This document shows positions 60,001-63,585 of a DNA stretch of 63,585 nucleotides, piece by piece. A program made the translations under genes and the position numbers. The notes below the pieces were generated by a model. It did not search any database. It was not told where the DNA came from and was given only the letters and a program-made list of their open reading frames with translations. Source of the DNA: Octopus bimaculoides (Eukaryota); assembly GCF_001194135.2 (NCBI RefSeq), contig NC_068984.1:140239911-140303495 (forward strand), written 5' to 3'. Position 1 is the first letter of the stretch, and the number at the start of each line of letters is the position of its first letter.

Positions 60001-60553
60001 NNNNNNNNNNNNNNNNNNNNNNNNNNNNNNNNNNNNNNNNNNNNNNNNNNNNNNNNNNNNNNNNNNNNNNNNNNNNNNNNNNNNNNNNNNNNNNNNNNNN
60101 NNNNNNNNNNNNNNNNNNNNNNNNNNNNNNNNNNNNNNNNNNNNNNNNNNNNNNNNNNNNNNNNNNNNNNNNNNNNNNNNNNNNNNNNNNNNNNNNNNNN
60201 NNNNNNNNNNNNNNNNNNNNNNNNNNNNNNNNNNNNNNNNNNNNNNNNNNNNNNNNNNNNNNNNNNNNNNNNNNNNNNNNNNNNNNNNNNNNNNNNNNNN
60301 NNNNNNNNNNNNNNNNNNNNNNNNNNNNNNNNNNNNNNNNNNNNNNNNNNNNNNNNNNNNNNNNNNNNNNNNNNNNNNNNNNNNNNNNNNNNNNNNNNNN
60401 NNNNNNNNNNNNNNNNNNNNNNNNNNNNNNNNNNNNNNNNNNNNNNNNNNNNNNNNNNNNNNNNNNNNNNNNNNNNNNNNNNNNNNNNNNNNNNNNNNNN
60501 NNNNNNNNNNNNNNNNNNNNNNNNNNNNNNNNNNNNNNNNNNNNNNNNNNNNN

Positions 60554-60693
60554 ACCAATCTATATTCTGTACCATGGTTTCAAGTCAATTTTAGTAAGAT
60601 AAAGATTATATCTTACAAGTCCGACCTTGTAAGATATATAATTTTTATCTTACTAAAATTGACTTGAAACCATGGTACAGAATATAGATTGGT
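60554..60693. repeat. Near-perfect 140-bp palindrome (66/68-bp arms, 6-nt loop)
   Basis: 60554-60619 is the reverse complement of 60626-60693 except one substitution and a 2-nt indel. Confidence 0.92.
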
Positions 60694-61004
60694 AAATGTT
60701 TTTATTTTTCATTCCCTTTCGAAATTATCCCTAATTTTGTGGTATGTAGTCTTTTGCTGCTATTTCTAGCGGGTTAGATGTCCTATTATAGGCATCTCTG
60801 CATTTTAAATGAATAATACATAGTCTATTGACTGTTTTTTACTCTCGCTAGACCACTGGTGCTAAATAAAATTTCTAAATTTTTTTTGCTACCCTATAAT
60901 TTATTAATAATGATAAAATTTTATATATATATATATAGGGATCATTTCTAAAGTATGTGTAACAACAGTATCTGACACCATATTATATATATGTTTACGG
61001 CAAG

Positions 61005-61320
61005 GAGCTGATAGAATCGTTAGCACCCCGGACAAAATGCTAAGCGGCATTTCGTCCGTTTTTAGGTTACAATAATAACAATAATTTCAAATTTTGACAC
61101 AAGGTCAGCAATTTCGGAGTAAGAGGTACTTATTTTATCGAGCTCTGAAAGGACGAAAGGCAAAGTCGGCCTCAGTGGAATTTGAACTCAGAACGTGCAG
61201 ACAGACGAAATACTGCTAAGCAATTCTCCCGTCGGGCTAACGATTCTGCCAGCTTGCTGCCTTAACAAAAATAATAATAATAATCCTTTCTACTATAAGC
61301 ACAAGGCCTGAAATTTTGGA
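61005..61320. mobile_element. SINE A fragments in both orientations
   Basis: Plus head at ~61005-61050; minus copy at ~61085-61260; tail at ~61295. Confidence 0.7.
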
Positions 61321-62889
61321 GGCAGGGGAGATACTCTAGGAAACTCCATCAAACTGAATGGAGATCTCTGCATCCTAGCATCCTGACATACAACCCCTTG
61401 AGGTCATCAATGTTTCCATCGACGATAAACACGAAACTAGAGAAAGATAATGAAGAATATCACTTTATTATAAACCAGAAAACAAAAGTAATGAGTAGCT
61501 GACAAAACCAGTCTCTAAGGTATTTCATTAACAGATAGAAATGCTTCATGCGGAGTTTTTTCTTGCTCTCTAATATCAAAATCTCTTAACGTAATTAATA
61601 TTAGCATCATTTCCTTGTTTTCGTTTATAGTTATCATAATTTAAACGTCTAGATCTAATTTTTTTTGTTTATTGCTTTGCGTCTGTTTTTTGTTTGTTTT
61701 CTGTTTTGTTTTTTTTTGCTCTCTTGTTTTTCGTGAATTAACTAATGTCTCTTATGCTTACTCATTTGCGTTATTGTTATCTGCTTAGTCGTGATTTTCA
61801 TGCTGTGCTGTATATTGGACTGGTTTATAGTGGATTATCTTAACTTAGTAAGTTACAAAACGAATGCATAATTTTTTTAATAACTTTATACATAAGTGTG
61901 TATGTGTGTATGTGTGAGAGAGAGCGAGAGAGTTTGAGTATGTGGATGTGTGGATATATGCGTGTGTATGTTTAAATTAAATAAAATAGATATACACTAA
62001 ATGACTTGATATTATGGATAACTTATTGAATATTTTTATTTAATTAAATAGAAATATCGTGATGACACTATATATGTGAATTAACACTGTCTGGACGATC
62101 AGACGAGAAGTAAGAATTCAAAGACATTAACAAAAATATACTCAAACGTGAGTGTGCATCGCTGACATCAATCATTAGCGACATAAATTATAAATTCTAA
62201 TTATTTATTTGCTTGTTTTATAACTATTTTATATCAACATTTGTGCTTAACGTCTCGCGATATTTAGTTCCGTCAAGTTCTGAGTTCAGATTCTGAAGCA
62301 GTGTTTCCCATCTTTTTTTAATATCTGCACCAGATCTAAACTGGGGGGATGTTCAGGGGAGGNNNNNNNNNNNNNNNNNNNNNNNNNNNNNNNNNNNNNN
62401 NNNNNNNNNNNNNNNNNNNNNNNNNNNNNNNNNNNNNNNNNNNNNNNNNNNNNNNNNNNNNNNNNNNNNNNNNNNNNNNNNNNNNNNNNNNNNNNNNNNN
62501 NNNNNNNNNNNNNNNNNNNNNNNNNNNNNNNNNNNNNNNNNNNNNNNNNNNNNNNNNNNNNNNNNNNNNNNNNNNNNNNNNNNNNNNNNNNNNNNNNNNN
62601 NNNNNNNNNNNNNNNNNNNNNNNNNNNNNNNNNNNNNNNNNNNNNNNNNNNNNNNNNNNNNNNNNNNNNNNNNNNNNNNNNNNNNNNNNNNNNNNNNNNN
62701 NNNNNNNNNNNNNNNNNNNNNNNNNNNNNNNNNNNNNNNNNNNNNNNNNNNNNNNNNNNNNNNNNNNNNNNNNNNNNNNNNNNNNNNNNNNNNNNNNNNN
62801 NNNNNNNNNNNNNNNNNNNNNNNNNNNNNNNNNNNNNNNNNNNNNNNNNNNNNNNNNNNNNNNNNNNNNNNNNNNNNNNNNAAGGGTTG

Positions 62890-62898
62890 TTGATGACA

Positions 62899-62972
<74 letters not shown>
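62890..62972. repeat. (GAC)n/(GAT)n microsatellite
   Basis: Direct reading. Confidence 0.9.
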
Positions 62973-62973
<1 letters not shown>

Positions 62974-63226
62974 TGTAAGTGATGAAGAATGACCCGAGAT
63001 CTTCTCTGATACATATTCTACACAAGCCAGAAAGATAAACGGTAGAGTCAAGTTTTGCAGTATTCGAGATAAGAAAGTCTCAAAGAGTCATTACCAACAC
63101 ACATTCACAGTTAAAGGTAAAATAAACACCGGTGATGCTTCGCTCCACACAGAAACTGCAAGAGCTAATTAGAAGTTCTGCAAGCTCTTCTTCTGAATCC
63201 ATCGCAATGTGGAGAAACCATTTCGT

Positions 63227-63263
<37 letters not shown>

Positions 63264-63540
63264 GGCAGCTCAGAGTCAGAAGTGTTTCGCTCCTTAGCCT
63301 ATTCGCTTCACCTGAGTAGTGCAGCGCGGACTCATTCAATCTTCATCCATGGAAGGGTTCCACTTCCGGTCTCTTATCAACCAGCTACCACGTCTATCTC
63401 CTTAGAGGATTTCTTTAGCTGTTCAAGAATTCAAGAGTAATCTGCAGGAAACAGTGCACTGACCTAGGTAGAAAGCCGCAGCAGTTGACTTCGACTGGGA
63501 GTGATGCAGCGTATTTCGTCAACCATGTACTTATACATAC

Positions 63541-63585
<45 letters not shown>

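Noticed and set aside
411-63051. Long ORFs of the six-frame track (HT/CV/YI/poly-X, poly-His, poly-Met, poly-Thr, NVSTKR repeats)
   Set aside because: They are translations of microsatellites, minisatellites or N gaps, with no domain signal or splice context.
63132-63440. 102-aa ORF as a host exon
   Set aside because: Includes a (CAT)n-derived poly-Ser, no recognisable domain; the opposite strand is stop-riddled, possibly a LINE tail, but unsupported.

Overview
AT-rich, microsatellite-dense, gap-riddled (N-runs) metazoan DNA with no recognisable host protein-coding exon. The repeat families suggest an octopus-type cephalopod genome (inference from recalled repeat sequences, not database-checked). 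Main contents: (1) a ~22 kb cluster (34.3-56.5 kb) of intron-containing tRNA-Tyr(GTA) sequences: 7 intact, 2 full-length degenerate, 1 5'-truncated, 1 heavily decayed, each with a different 19-22 nt intron and related 5' flanks; (2) dozens of tRNA-derived SINE copies in several families (labelled A-D here), often chimeric, nested or tandem; (3) decayed LINEs (RTE, CR1/L2-like, HERO-like and CRE-like restriction-like-endonuclease types), a Penelope-like GIY-YIG fragment, mariner/maT relics and a pogo/Tigger-like MITE; (4) a tRNA-headed element whose tail carries an intact minimal Penelope-type hammerhead ribozyme, preceded by an inverted, ribozyme-dead copy of that tail (1420-1899). Long ORFs in the supplied track are almost all microsatellite or N-gap artefacts. 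Repeat boundaries are read by eye and are approximate (about +/-10-20 bp); tRNA and hammerhead coordinates were counted.
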